This document shows, one piece after another, positions 11,504 through 24,890 of a stretch of DNA of 52,230 nt. How positions within the stretch are numbered: the first letter of the stretch is position 1; the number at the start of each line of letters is the position of its first letter. The stretch is taken from positions 192,681 through 244,910 of the forward strand of contig PS015016.1 of NCBI GenBank assembly GCA_048213135.1, given 5' to 3'. The notes under the pieces were generated by a model. The model saw nothing but the letters and a program-made list of their open reading frames with translations, searched no databases and was not told the DNA's origin. The position numbers were made by a program, and so were the translations under genes. The DNA comes from Reclinomonas americana ATCC 50394 (Eukaryota).

Positions 11504-12489
11504 ATGGCGTCTTCGTCATCACCATTAGGCAATGGTGCTCAAGATGAGGAGGAGGAGGCACTGCGTGAGGAGTTTGAGCAGTTGCTGGAGGAGGCGAGCA
11601 GTGAGGATCGTGTGGCGCGACAGCAACGACTGGCGCAGTTGGTGTTCACACGTGGAGTGCCACGCGAGACAGAGGTGTGCGCACATATGTGAGCACGCGC
11701 GCGCGTGTGTGTGTGTGTCTCACACATGTGAACAAAGGAGGAGGTCATGCGCTTGCAGACGCACATGGAGCCTGGATTGCGCGCGCGACTGTGGAAGGCG
11801 TTTCTTGCAGTGCCACCATATGAGGCTGAAGAGTTGAGCAAGAGAGAGAGGCACACACGCACATGCCACGTGCGCGCGTATTCATGCTTTGTCCACACAT
11901 GGTGCAGGTACTTGAGGTATGTGCATTGCGATGATGAGCTGGAGGCGTGGAAGGAGGCGGCGATCATTGAGGACGATGCACCGCGCACGTTGAAGAAGAA
12001 CTTTGAATTCTCCGCGCGTGCTCCTCAAGACATTCTGCGGCGTGTCTTGTACTGCATCCTGCGTGCGATTCGTTGAGTTGTCTCTTGACTCATTCTTTCT
12101 TAAAGCTTCTCTCCTGCGACTGACTGAGTGGGCTCTCTCGCAGCAACGCAAAAGTACATTCAGGGCATGAATGTGACGNNNNNNNNNNNNNNNNNNNNGT
12201 GAGGCATTCATGCAGAGCACCAAGTTGCGCAGACGCCGTGGCATGCATCGATGATTGCTTCCCCCACTCATGCTGCGACAGGTCGGTGATCGCCAAGTCG
12301 CTGGTCGAGGATCGGCATTTTGAGGCACGCCCGCTGCAACGCGAGGCGCTGGCCGCCGCCGAGTGGACCGCCGAACACCACCCTGACCTGTACGACGACT
12401 GCGTGCAGCACTGCCTAGACGTGAACGTGTGCGAGCGGTTATTCAACACCCACGGTCGCTTCCACCGCATGGCACACGAACGTCGATAA
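11504..12489 (+). CDS. TBC-domain GAP, Bub2/Cdc16-like (middle lost in gap)
   Basis: LRARLWKAFL, IEDDAPRT (IxxDxxRT Arg finger) and KYIQGMNV (Gln finger). The post-gap exon ending HERR* is assumed to belong to the same gene. Confidence 0.75.
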
Positions 12490-12529
12490 AAAAAACATAA
12501 CCCGCCTCATGTGTTTTCGTGTTCTTTTT

Positions 12530-12934
12530 TTACAAGTGGCGCTTGCCGAGGGTCCTCACACGCGCGTCAAACGTGCGCGTAGTGATGGGCTTGGTGGGGC
12601 TGAAGAAGGGACTCATCATGACCTTCAGGAACAACTCGTAGACCTCCTTGAAGAAGGCCTTGACTCCGTCCTACCAGCAACAGCACAGTGAGACAACAAG
12701 GAGAGAGAGAGAGAGACAGGCACACACTGTAGGCGCAACTGGCGGCAGGTTATCGTGCAACAACATGAACTGCGCACACAGCACAAGTGGTGAGCGTGAG
12801 TCGACACACTGAGAGAGAATGAGACTGACCCGAACACCCGACGCCGTGATGAACGCCGACACAATGTAGTCATTGAAGCGGTCGACGCTGCCACTCTTCA
12901 GAAACCTGTGTTGTTGTTGTGTCAACATGCGTGA

Positions 12935-12967
<33 letters not shown>

Positions 12968-13268
12968 CGCAACATGGAGGTTGTCTTCCACTGCTCCTCA
13001 TCGACAAAGTCCAGTGCGGCGTGGATCACAAACTGGTTCAAGTGGCTCGAGTCCTCGCGCTATGCGAGGAAAGTCAGCACACAGAGAGACAGACAGAGAG
13101 AGAGAGAGAGAGCGCAACTCGTGATCCTCCTGTGAACTCGGCCTGTGTGTGTGACACGAGTGAGTGCATGTGTGTGTGTTTGAGTGTGTGTGCGTGGAGA
13201 ACCTCATAGATGGGCGTGTCCTTGTCGCCGACAATCACAAAGCATGAGTACTTCGAGGCCGATGACAT
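12530..13268 (-). CDS. TRAPPC2: TRAPP complex subunit 2 (sedlin/Trs20)
   Basis: Six exons: FVIVGDKDTPIYEAEF...[52 protein letters not shown]...FFKEVYELFLKVMMSPFF...FDARVRTLGKRHL*. Confidence 0.95.
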
Positions 13269-13574
13269 CGTTGCCTCACACAACAAGAAGAAGAGAGAGT
13301 GGAGTGATTGTCGATCGACCGATCGCGCGTGTTGATTGCGTTCGTGTGCGTGTGTGTGTGCAGCAACGTCACAACACACACACAGAGACAGACAGACAGA
13401 CAGAGAGAAGGTGTGTGCGCGTGCGTGTGTGTGCGTGTGTGTGGGATGAACGCCATCTCTCACTCTTTCTCACTCACTCACGCCCTCTCTCTCTCTCACT
13501 CACTCACACACGCACACTCTCTCTCACTCACACTCGCTAGAGAGCGCCTGCTGCCTGACGTCGCATCCACCACA

Positions 13575-13777
13575 ATGAAGGGCTCATCGACATCGTGTCA
13601 GTACTGCCCGAACGCACAGTTGATTGACGAGTTGCGTGCACACACTCACACACACTCTCACTCTCACACACACTCACTGACACTCGCTGTGTGAAAACCA
13701 ATCGCAGTCGATTACATTCAGTCATTGTGTGTGAACGATGTCGTCGAGTTGCGTGCGCGCGCTTTCCAGTGTGACCA

Positions 13778-13821
<44 letters not shown>

Positions 13822-15978
13822 CATGCTGATAGAGTGTGTGTGTGCAGGTTCTGGAGGAGCGACGAACGGACACGGGTGAGGTGACGATTGGACCGGAGGA
13901 AGATCAGCTCTTGTGTGTGGTTCTCGAGGACTTGGTGGAGCACACACCCAACTTGGACGTTGCGTGCGCTCATGCCTTTCTCTCTCTCTCTCTCTCGCTC
14001 TGTGTGCGCTGATTGTCGCTCGCAGTTGCCCAACGATCCGTTCGGCACGCAAGGGTACATTACGGCGTTCAGGCAGGTGCAAGTGGCGCACGACTATGCG
14101 CTGACGGCCACGGCACGGTGTGCATGCATGCGGCTGCTGCTTGTCGTGCGTTTGCTCGTGCTGATGTTTGTGTTTTGCGGTCGTGCGCAGAACAATGGCG
14201 CCGACGCTGGCGGAATTCGAGCGCAGCATGAGCGATGTGTTGTTTGGCGATCAGTCGACCGACAGTTGCGCGTGCTCTCTTCCCTTACTCATCGCTTTTG
14301 CGGCGATCTCACGCGGCGCCAGGTGTACCGGTGATTGCGGCCATTGCGCCGACGACGCTCAAGGGCCTGACGACGTCGTACTTTCTCTGCCACGATCTGT
14401 GCGACATGTTTGGGCTGGAGACGTATGTGGCGGAGCGCATGGTCACCACGCTGAAGACGACGGTGTTGTCGGGCAAGCTGCGTTTTGGGAAGAGTGTGGA
14501 GCCGACAGTGTGCGCCGCGTTGGTGGTGGCGCTGGAGGGCGTGGAGCCATCGCCGGAGGTGCCGACCTTGGCGCAGATTGCCGACATGTATGAGCAGCCG
14601 ATTCACGATGTGGTGCGCTACGTGGAACTGATCAAGTTGCGTGACGATGCGCGCGTGGAGTACGTTGCGCGTCTCTGCTGCTCACCACTGCGTGCACAGG
14701 CAATCGACAAGAGCATTGGCGGCTGCGGCGGCAATGGCTGCTGCCTCCTCGGCGGCCGCTGGCTCGTCGACCACCACCACCGCCTCGGCTGGCGCTCCGT
14801 CAGGGTCGTCGGCGTTGTCCGTGCACATGTCATCGTCGGTCATGTCGTCGTCGTCGGCGGTGAGCGCTGCTGCTGCTGCGGCCGCCGCCGCTACAGCAAG
14901 TTCCATGTCGTCTCCATCGTCAGGGTCGGCCAGCAATGCGGCGTCACGGACCCTGGTACAGGAGGTGCTGGAGACACTCGATCGGTACATGGATCAGTTC
15001 GACTTGTCGCCCACCACGCGAATGATTGCAAAACACGTGGGCGAACACTTTGCCATGGTGTCCAAGCGCATCTCCATTTCTATTTCGGCGGCCTCCATGT
15101 GAGTGTTTTGATGAGATTGTCGCTTGGGAGAGAGAAATGTGCTGACTCGTGCCCGTCCAGCTACGTGACCACGCTGCTGGAGTGTGAATACCGAACACAA
15201 GCGGAGCTGTCGCAGGCCATGAAGGTGTCGAAGGTGACGCTGCGCAAGGTGGCGCGCGAGATCTCCGACCGGCTAGCTTCGTTGTTGCCGAGAGATTACA
15301 AGCCGAAACAGTCGGTGGAGGAGGTGATTTCGTGGTTCCGACGCGAGACCTCGGGTGGTGACAAGAAGGCCGATGTGAGTGTTATTAGATTCTGTGCTTT
15401 TGCCGATTTTGCGTTGTTGACAATACGTGTTTCGGCAGCGTCCGTGGGTCAAACCGAGGAAGACAAGCAACGGGACGGCGAGTGGCGGAGCCAGTGCCAC
15501 CTCGTCGACTGCCACCAGCACTACGACCACGACGACGACAACCACCACCGCTGCCACGGCCATTGCCGCCGCAGGAGACGCCATGTCTGCAGCAGCAAAG
15601 AACGCACGTGGCTCAAACGGCACACCAACCATGACCACGGCCGCCGCAGGCTCACAATCACCACCAGCCGCGGTACGTGCACATGGAATCCCAAGAGAGA
15701 CACGCATTCATTCATGTTGTTGACTGGTAACGCAGACGGCGGCGTTCCGACCGCGGACCCAGCAAGTGGAGAACTGGACCTTGCTGCTGGCAAACCAAGC
15801 TGCAGCCGCTGCAGCCGCCGCCGCAGCAGCAGCAGCATCGTCATCACCATCGTCCTCTTCCAGCCTCATTGCCGGCATCAGACCACCACAATCAGCAGGT
15901 GATGCAGCACTACCACCACCACCTCCTCCTCCGCCTCCGCCGCCACCACCACCACCACCACCACCGGGGGCGGTATAA
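13575..15978 (+). CDS. TFIIB-related factor of the pBrp (plant-type BRP1) subfamily
   Basis: Zn ribbon CQYC...CERCRRVLEER, then LCVVLEDL, NDPFGTQGYITAF, LAEFERS, KSVEPTVCAAL, HVGE, ISISAASIY and TQAEL...VTLRKV...LLPRDYKP. These parallel the motifs I recall from Arabidopsis pBrp. Confidence 0.85.
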
Positions 15979-16020
15979 TGATGCCTTTAAAAAGAAGAGA
16001 ATGTACGTTCCGATCATTCG

Positions 16021-16332
16021 TCATTCATCAGTGGCCGGCAATGCATCGCGCAGTTGTCGTCGCTGCTCACTGGTCAACGATCGCGGCACTGTCAGTCGCG
16101 CATATCGCACACGCTCGCGCCCAATGTCGACCACCAACACGCGGTCGCCCGGCTGCAGCTCCATGTCGGCACCACTGCATTCACAATCAGAGACAGAATG
16201 AGAGAGACAGGTGAAAGATTGAGACACAAAAACACGCAACGCAGAGACAGAATCGGCGCCATGCACGCGAGCGTACAGTGCACTGGCGAGAGAGGAGAGC
16301 GCAGAGAGGAGCGTGGAGAGCCCGAAGACCAT
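16021..16332 (-). CDS. small hypothetical protein (2 exons)
   Basis: MVFGLSTLLS... exon, a GTTGCG...TGCAG intron, then GADMELQPGDRVLVVDIG...ATDE*. Confidence 0.45.
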   Translation of the reverse strand: MVFGLSTLLSALSSLASALYARVHGADSVSALRVFVSQSFTCLSHSVSDCECSGADMELQPGDRVLVVDIGRERVRYARLTVPRSLTSEQRRQLRDALPATDE

Positions 16333-16423
16333 CGATAATGCGCGTAACAATCCACAGTCCACTGCAGTGAACGGATCATCGTGTTTCCTTATCGTTGCGT
16401 CTGTGTGAGCGAGTCTCCATTAA

Positions 16424-18454
16424 ATGGAGCTTGTGATTGGCGATGAGACGGGCCTGATCAAGAGTTGCGTTTGCTTTGTACCTGTTGCCTTGCCTAGTTG
16501 CTGACTTCGACTGTGTATGATAGACATTCGAGTGGGCCGCACCAATGTCGCGCTGCACAAGTGGGGTGTGCAGAACCGCGAGAACGGTGTCGTTGGACTG
16601 GTGTGGCGACCGGAGCACGAGTACCGGCAGGTTTGCGTGTGTTTTTTGGTCGGCATGTGCACATGCACATGTACATCTCCACTCACACACCGCAACAGAC
16701 GATTCACCTGTGCAACAATGGCACTGGCGCCGTGTACGATGTGAGCAATGGGAACGAGGTGGTGCAATTCGGAGGCGTGTTGCCGCATGCGATGGGCATG
16801 AGGGCCTTGTCGAGCGAGTTGCGTTTTTCTTGAAAGAAACATGCATCTCGTGGACATGCTTATTCATTCATTCCGGTGTTGCTCACAGCCACCCGTGTGT
16901 GTCTCTCTCCTCCCTGTAGTCGACTGGTGTGTGCTGATGCCGAGGGAAAGGTGCAAGTGGCGTCCTTTGCCGATTTGCTGGCATCATCGTCATCGTCGCA
17001 TGATGACGAGGATGAGCATGTGGCTGCCGATGAGGACGGACCACCACCTGTGTCGGTGCTGACGAACATGGAGTGCAATGGTCCCGTGTCGGCCTTTGAT
17101 TGCTGTGCAGCCACCGGCGAGGTGGTGCTGGGCGGACGGGAAAATCTCATCAAGGTTGGCGTGTTTTCTTGTCATGTTGCTGCCTTCTCAATCAAGCTCA
17201 CCTCATATCTCCTGCAGGTGTGGAATGTGGAAACGGAGCAATTGGTGTGGGCGGGCAAGAATGTCAGGCCCGACTTTCTCGACGTGCCGTTCAGAATATG
17301 GCCGCGCGGTGTGCGCTTCATGAACCACAACCCGCAGGTTTGTGTGCTCTCATATTTGTCTCCCTCGGCAAGCCACCGCGATGCTTACTCCTCTCTTTCT
17401 CTCCGTCTATCTCTCGCAGGTCATGTTTACGTGCACTGCGTACGCCCAGGTGCGCATGTGGGACCGTCGTGTGACGCGCTCACGGCGGCCAGTGGTGTCG
17501 GCCTTCCACGGAAAGACCATGTGCGACATTAGCGACCTGTGTTACCAGTGCTTGACCGTGAGCCCAGACGACACGCTGTTGGCGGTGGGCAATCGCGATG
17601 GTGGTGTGGCCGTGTTTGACGTGCGAAGATTAGGTATGTGTGTTTTGGGAGAAGAAACACACTTCATCGTTCTTTCCCTTCTTCTCTTGGTTCTCTTTCT
17701 CCCCCCTGCGAATGCACTAGCGCGCATTGCGGGCACGCCAACGTGGTGGCGTGCTCCGGCCCAAAGCAGGGAAAAGCAGAAGATGCAAGCAATGCCATTT
17801 CCGTACGATTTCTCCACGCGGATAGGGCTGATGATGTGTCGTACATTTTCTTTCCCCCCCCACCTTTCCCTTTCCTGCTCCCCTTCCATCCCTCTCTCTC
17901 TCTTGCTACCATTCCCGCTGCCGTGGCTCACACATTTTTTTTTTTTGCTGTCGTTTGTATGACCAGCTGCCCCGGTCCGTGCCTTTATCGGCGCCGGTGG
18001 CTCTGTGCGCAACATTGACTTTCACCCGACTCTGCCTGCCACGCTGGCCACGGTGTCGCTGGATCGCTTTGTGCGCGTTCACAGCATTGAGGAGAAGCGG
18101 CCGCTGTACAAGGTGTACATGAAGCAACGGCTCAACGCGGTGCTGTTCTCCAACGCGTTGCCCGAGGCGCCGCCGACCTCACAACAGGCCGCGTGGTCAG
18201 CTGCGGCTGCTGCTGCCAGTGCGGCGGCGGCGGCAGAAGATGAGCGAGGAGGATCGTCCAGCAAGGGCGACGACGACTTTGACGAGCGCTTCCGGGCAGC
18301 CACACAGCTGCCGCGCGACGCCGAGCTGCGACGCACAAGGAGAGCGTTGTCGTCGCGCAAGGCCATTGGTGGCAAGAGCGGTGGACGACACGCGGCGGCG
18401 GAGGAGGCTGAGCCACCAAAGAAGAAGCGGAGGAAGACAAGTCGTGAATTGTAA
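16424..18454 (+). CDS. WDR74: WDR74/Nsa1 ribosome biogenesis WD40 protein
   Basis: MELVIGDETGLIK, GGRENLIKVWNVE..VWAGKNVRPDFLD, QVRMWD..RRPV, GAGGSVRNIDFHP..VSLDRFVRVH..YKVYMKQRL, plus a basic NLS-like tail. Confidence 0.9.
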
Positions 18455-18529
18455 GCACAGATGTTTTGCATTCATCCATCGTCGGGGAGTAGATAGGGAC
18501 AAGAGAGAAGCAGCGACGGCTCCTGCCGC

Positions 18530-19021
18530 TCAATGTGACGGCGGCTGCACCGTGATGCCCTTCTTCTTCAGCTCCGCAATCGACCACTCAATGTCCTTCA
18601 CACAGAGAGGAGACATCAGCATGAAGGCACTGTGTGGACGCGACAACGGGAAAGCAGCTACCTTCTTCAGCAGATCATACTCCTTCGGGCACGACGGGAA
18701 GAAGAGGATGCGCAGCAGCACTCGCACTCCCGAGATAAGCACCCACGCGGCAAACACCGTCAGCGGCAACTGTGTGCGTAAAAAATGAGCACATGGAAAG
18801 AAAGCGAGGCAGTGTGGCCACCACTCACATAGGCCACTGCAGTGCTGAGGGCACCGGGCAGCGACGATGCCACTGGTCGCAGTGCGAGCCACGCCTGTGA
18901 TTGTGAAAGACAAGTGAGTGACAAGTGGCAGTGCATATTGTTTGCGTGGCAACCCCCCCACGCGTGAGCGCACCGCCAGCAGAATGAGAATGTTCAGTGC
19001 AACACGCTGGTATCGTTTCAT
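18530..19021 (-). CDS. DPM3: dolichol-phosphate mannosyltransferase subunit 3
   Basis: Four exons encoding two TM helices, then FPSCPKEYDLLKKDIEWSIAELKKKG, the DPM3 C-terminal signature. Confidence 0.8.
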   Translation of the reverse strand: MKRYQRVALNILILLAVRSRVGGLPRKQYALPLVTHLSFTITGVARTATSGIVAARCPQHCSGLCEWWPHCLAFFPCAHFLRTQLPLTVFAAWVLISGVRVLLRILFFPSCPKEYDLLKKVAAFPLSRPHSAFMLMSPLCVKDIEWSIAELKKKGITVQPPSH

Positions 19022-19098
19022 GTTGAGTGTGTGTGTGCGTGTGGATGAGTGCGTGTCGAATGATTGTGCGGAAAAAGGGGGGCAAAAATTCCCGCGCT

Positions 19099-22000
19099 TC
19101 ACTTGACAAATGCGTGGTCGAGCAACTCGTCGACCGAGAACCGCAAGTGGGGTTCCCTGCACAGCGCCACCAGTCAGATAGTTAGCATATGTGCGCTGCT
19201 CATCTGCTCCTCTTGCGGATCAGACCTTTGCAGGCAGTGCTCGAGAAAGTCCACAAGATCGGGCGGCAGTGAGTTGTCGGTGGGAATTGTCGGGCGCTGG
19301 CCAGCAAGGAGTGCGCTCACGATTTGCCACTGCCAGCCACACCACGCCATGTGCATGTGAGTAAACCGTGCTTCGCCCTTCATCGACAGCCACTCACCTG
19401 GTTCAATTTGCCCCACGGAGGTCTGCCGGTGGCCAGCTGCAACAGCATGCAGCCGAGAGACCACACGTCGGCACGCAGGCCGTAGCGCACCGAGCCCTCG
19501 TTGGTTGCACCTTCTGCGTCAAACGCCACGCAGCACACCTCCGGCGCAAAGTACGCCGGCGTGCCGGTCGATTGCGTGCCAGTTTGCGTCTCGGCGTCGA
19601 GCAGCTTGGCCACACCGAGATCGGCAATCTTCAACACATCGCCCGCCGATGATGGGCAGAGGAGCACGTTGCCGGGCTTGATGTCTGCGAGCGGGGATGT
19701 GAGGAGATGAGAGGCAAAGGAGAAGAATTTAAATGCATCTTGAAGACTTGCCTCGATGAACCACCAGATGAGAGTGCAAATAGGAGAGGCCATGCAACAG
19801 TTGCCTGTAATGCGGGAAAATGAGTGCTGGATGGAAGCAGTGTGCGAGAACAAGAGCACAGACCGCGTGTAGTCGCGCAAAATGTCCACCGGCAGCACTC
19901 GATACAGAGAGAGACGCTCGGCGAGTGTGCCACCCGAGCAGAGCTCCATGACTGTGTGCTCACCAAATGAGGTGACAGATGGCAGAAGGCAAAGAGAGAG
20001 AGAGAGAGTAACACACCTAGTTGAACCTCGGCAGCCTCGGGTACGTAGTGCACGTCGATGAGCTGCACCAGGTTGCGATGTCGCAGCTCCCGCAACAACT
20101 GCACTTCGTTGACCACCGCCACCACATGCTGCTCGGCGACGCCAGTCTGTGGCAATCGAATGCGCTTCACCGCCACTTGCGTGCCGCGTATTGGGCCCGA
20201 CAAGATCATTCCTACCGGGCGTCGTTTGCGATCAGCAACCGACTTGCCCTACGCATCTCATTCATTCACCGCGCTCACCTTGCATGACTTCGCCAAACGC
20301 ACCGCGGCCGAGCAATCGATCTACGGAAAAAACGCAGATGAGCACATGCACTTCCCAACGAGTTCACTCCATCACGCGCCTGTCATCGAGAACTGCACGT
20401 GGTCATCACCACAGAGAATGTCGGCCAGCAACACCGACAGAGACTGCGGATCGTCGCCGCCCGCAACAACAGTAGCGGATGAACTCTCACCGCCAGACTG
20501 CGAGCGCACCACCACTGTGCAGTCGTCGCCACCAATCGCAAACGAGCTATTTGCACTCGAAGTACCAGAGCTCCACGAGAATGATTGTGCACGAGTGCGT
20601 GGTGCGGACGGCTGGTCCACCACACGCCACGTTTGCTCCGAGCTACTGTACATCCACATGCGAGTGCCCTCCAGTGAAGACGCCATTATGTATTGTCCGT
20701 CAGCAGAGAAACACACATCGCGTGGAGGCTCCGAGTGCCCCTGCAGTGTGGCCACCCGCTCACTCCGAATAGATGACGGTGAATGTGGCTCACCCTCAGC
20801 CATCGCCAGTGACCACACATGCACCAAAGTGTCCTTGCAGGTGACTGCCAGCATGGAATTGTCGGGCGAGAACGCGACACCAAAACACGCCATATCATGG
20901 CGCAGGCGGGCAACTGCGCACTGCTCTCGCACAGACCACACGATTGCAAAACAGTCACGAGAAGCCGACGCCACCCAGTTGCCGTCAGGCGAAATGGCCA
21001 CGCGGAACACGTCTCCCTCGTGCCCACCATCCTTCAGCACACCCGTACACTGCCCCGTGTCCAACGAATACAAGCGAACGGTACGATCCCACGAAGCAGA
21101 TGCCGCAAGGTTCGGAACGGTCGCACATGTGGAGAGGCCCCACTGCACGACGGTGGGGAGGGAGAAGTGACGGAGGGAAGGACGAAAGAGTCTTGTCAAT
21201 GTGCACACGCACGCACGCAACAGTTGGGTGGTTGTGAGTTCCGGAGAAGCGTCGCAAATGCGTCAGCGTATCTGTTTCCCACTGATGAACGCCATCTCGC
21301 GCACCGGCGAGAAGTGTCGCGCCATCCGGCCACACAAATGCCAGCGAGCACACCGGCTCGTGACCGCGCTGCACAGTGGTCGAGCGCAGCATCTGCAGCT
21401 CGGGTGCCGGTGCATCGATGCTCCACTGCACAGAGGGAAAGAGAGAGAGGGAGAAAGAAGTGAGATGGAGTCATTGGACAGAGCAAGAGCGTGTTCAAAA
21501 ACCATCGCGATAGTTCCGTCTGCAGCAGCCGACGCTACTAATTGTGTATTCACAGGGTGAAACGCGACAGCGTACACCGAACCAGTGTGCAGTCGGCCGA
21601 TGCGAAGAACTGTGCTCCACACAAGAGTGAGAGTTATTTTCTAGTCACCATTATCATCACCAGCAGAGTGCGTACCCGGAAACTGCGGCACTTCGTTTGG
21701 TCTCGGCGATCCGACCGCACGCCTTGGACTCCTTTCTGCTTTGTTGCCTATATCCGCCTTTCCTTCCCTCCGCTTCTCCTCTTCCTCCTCCACTTCCTGC
21801 TGGTCGCTGTCATCGGCAGAGAGTGAATACAGGATGATTTTGGCATCTTGACCGCCACTTGCAAACTGATCGCCATTCGGTTGCCAGCACACACTGCATT
21901 GTTGATGCATGTGAGGAGAGCATGAATGAAGAGACGCACTGAGTGTGTCACAAAGACAGCAAACCTGTACACCGTGCCGATGTGACCACCGTTGGAGACT

Positions 22001-23310
22001 TCCGTGCTTTCCCCACCCTCTGTCCACAATCGCACTGTCTTGTCGCAGGAGCACGACAGGAGCGGCCACGACTCCGCAGACATGGCCTGTGGTCTCCACG
22101 CCACATCTGACATCCAGTACGTGTGCCCCCGCAGCACCTGTTCCTCCTCACCGGTCGCTGCATCCCACGTCCGCACCGTGTGATCTTGTGCGCTTGTCGC
22201 AATTCGTCGGCCATCCTCTGTAATGCGTGCGTGTCAGAGGATGCATACAACAGAGAGAGAGAGAGGAGCATGAGGCACTCAACTGCGCCACGATACGCCC
22301 CACAACGGAGCCTCGTGACCGCGCAGGGTGACAAGTTGATCCTGCGTGAAGGTGGACCACACCGAGGCCGTGCTGCGTAGCAATACACTCAGCGAATCAC
22401 ACAATAGGAGGGTTAACATGGCAGACGTGGATCGATGACACACTTGTCGGACGAGGCGAGAGCAAACATGCCACCTGTTGCGCGCAGGTGAGCGACAAAA
22501 AGACCACTTGGAACTCCACAGCATCCCAAACTCACCGTCAGGGCTGAACTGCACGCGGTACAGCTCTCCCGGCACCTTGACGGTCGCCATATGCTCTGAA
22601 TCTGACGACGACGACACCGTGTACAGCCGAAACGAAGAGTCGTGTGCCGTGGAACTGCACACACAGACAACAGAAAACTCTTCAACAACGTGATGACAGT
22701 CGCCGACTGAGGATTGGAGACCGACGCAACACCACCCAGTCGCCGTACTGTGCCCACGCCAGTCCCCACACACTGCACGTGGGACCCTCGAGCACTGCCA
22801 GACACTCGCTGGTCTCCACATCGAACACTCGCACGAGATGATCGGCGCCTCCGCTGCACACGCGTCGACCATCGGGTGACCTGTGTGGACGGGGATTCAC
22901 TCGACAAGCGCTCAAGCTCTTGCACTTTCCCAATCGAGACGCACCACACACAGACATTGGCGCCGCCGTTGTGTGCCCGCATGCACGACACCATTGATCC
23001 GTGTTCGCCACTGTCGAGCACCGCATTCAATCGCTTCTTGACATCGGCCGTCGGATTGCGTGAGGGCGGTGGTGCAGCTGCAGCTGCTGACACAACAGCG
23101 TCGGTGCCATCGGGAGGTGCGCAGCGGAACATGCGCAGGAAGCCATCCTGACTCTTTGTGGTGAGCGAATGAATGAACACGTGTGTTCTTTCCACACACA
23201 CTCACGTCGCCTGCTGAGCAGAGCAGTGGGTGCTGAGTGGGGCACCACGCCAGCGATCGTATAAAGTGCCGAGGGGGACAGGAGATCACACGGACGGTCT
23301 TGGCTCGCAT
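19099..23310 (-). CDS. multi-WD40 repeat protein with C-terminal MAP3K/STE11-like Ser/Thr kinase
   Basis: Many WD repeats (GHEAPLWGVSW, GHTYWMSDVAW, GHEGDVFRVAISPDG). Complete kinase follows: LGRGAFGEV, VAVK, HRNLV, MELCSGG, HRDIKPGN, KIADLG, GTPAYFAPE, DVWSLGC. One GC-AG intron at 19751-19685. Confidence 0.8.
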
Positions 23311-23370
23311 CCGTCAACGAAGTAAAATGTGTTGTCCTCTCTCGCTGTCGAGTTGGTTTACTACGTACTT

Positions 23371-24890
23371 CTACTTGGCGCCTCCTTGCATGGCGGCCGC
23401 ATACGACTCGGCCTTCTTTCTCAACACAATGCGCAAAAACTCGCGAACCTTGCGCGCCGCACGCGTGCACGCCTGCGACGCCGTACCAAACTCCTCTACC
23501 GTGAAACCCTCGCCCAGACTCTTGCAGGCCAGCACACCCAGCGTCGCTCGCGGCTTGCGCGACTTTCCTCGCTTTTTCGTCTTGTGGCCGTCCTCCCCTC
23601 CTTCTTCTTCCATCTCCTCCTCGTCACCGTCTTCGCCGGCCGGTCGCGCAGCAAACACTGGCGCCCGATCCTCCACAAACACAAACGTGTGCACCGACAC
23701 CGCGTTGCGCTCCTCCTCGCGTGTCGGATCAATCAGCAGCTCACCATCGGCAGTCACAGCGCACGTTGCTGGCGAAAACCACACGCGTGGTGAGGCAAGG
23801 ACGAGAAGACAATGAGAAGAGAGAGACGGGAAAAGTCGACTCTCACCAGCGCACGGAAGCAGTCGCATGGGAACGCCGGCGTCCATGAGGGCCAGCATGA
23901 GAGCATTGACGCAGGCCGCCAGACACGAGCCGTCGTCGTGCAGCACTTGCAGCACGGCGGTGACGATGGAGCGGGGGTGCATGGCCGTCAGCACGCATTG
24001 TTCCAGCAGAGACTCCAGGAAGCTGCGCCAACAGGGAAAGGAGATGAGTTCACGGAGAAGGGAGAGGGAGAAGGGAGAGGAAGGGAGAGTGAAAGAGGGA
24101 TGAGGGAGGGGGGAAGGGAAAGGGAAGGGATGCAGAGGGAGTGAGAAGTGAGAAGGGAGAGGGAGAAGGGAGGATCGGCGTGGGCATGGAATGCAGGGAG
24201 AGAGAAGGAGACAAGGGGTATGAGATGCAGCGAGAGAAGCATAGAAGGGTGGAGAGACACGAGGGAGTGAGGAGGAATGCATGGAGAGGAGGTAACAGGA
24301 GGGGACGAGCATGTGAGGAGGAGGGAAGGAAAGACGAAGAGGAACGTGAAGACAGTGAAGGAAGACTGAAGGAAGAGAGAGAGAAAGGGAGGAAGGGAGG
24401 AAGTGGGGAGGAGATGCATGTGGGAGGAGGGCAGGAAGGGCAGTGGAGAGGGAGTGAATAGAGAGGGGCAGTGCTGTTCCTGTGTATGCACACCCACCGT
24501 TCCCGCTGACGATCCTCGCTTGTGGGCATTCCCGAGCGCGGTCTCACAGTGACCTCAATGACGCACTTGCCCTGCACCTCCTTGCGTGCGGGCACCTCAC
24601 GAGGACCATACACGGCGACCAACACCGCAGTGTGATCTGCATTTGTGCAAAGAAAAATGATGATGAACAAAGAGTGCAGAGGAGACTTGGGTGAAGAGGA
24701 GGAGAGGAAGAGAACCTTGTGAGAGAGAGGCAGAACCATCGGCACGATTGAGAAGAGCGGCCTCGGCAGCCAGCTCTCGAATCTGATTGTATTCACGACC
24801 GTCGTGGCGACGCACTGTGTGTCGCTCACTCATGGACACATCGGTGCTCACAGAGGATGCTGATGCAGCAGCAGCAGCAGCAGTGGCCAT
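23371..24890 (-). CDS. RRP46: exosome complex component RRP46/EXOSC5
   Basis: RHDGREYNQIR..LLNRADGSA, TAVLVAVYGP, VLQVLHDDGSCLAACVNALMLALMDAGVPM, LIDPTREEE (RNase PH fold). Confidence 0.9.
24030..24495. repeat. long purine/pyrimidine-biased low-complexity intron tract
   Basis: About 460 nt almost entirely G/A on the plus strand, inside an RRP46 intron. Similar tracts lie at about 29200-29850 and 34580-35270. Confidence 0.8.

Noticed and set aside
9813-12198. PDCD2L and Bub2-like (and RPS3A at 29061) as truncated pseudogenes
   Set aside because: Each break coincides with an N gap that probably understates the missing sequence. The visible exons are intact.
14235-15902. 555-aa single ORF and many other long GC-rich antisense ORFs
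   Set aside because: Read-through of introns or shadows of real spliced genes. Only portions correspond to exons.
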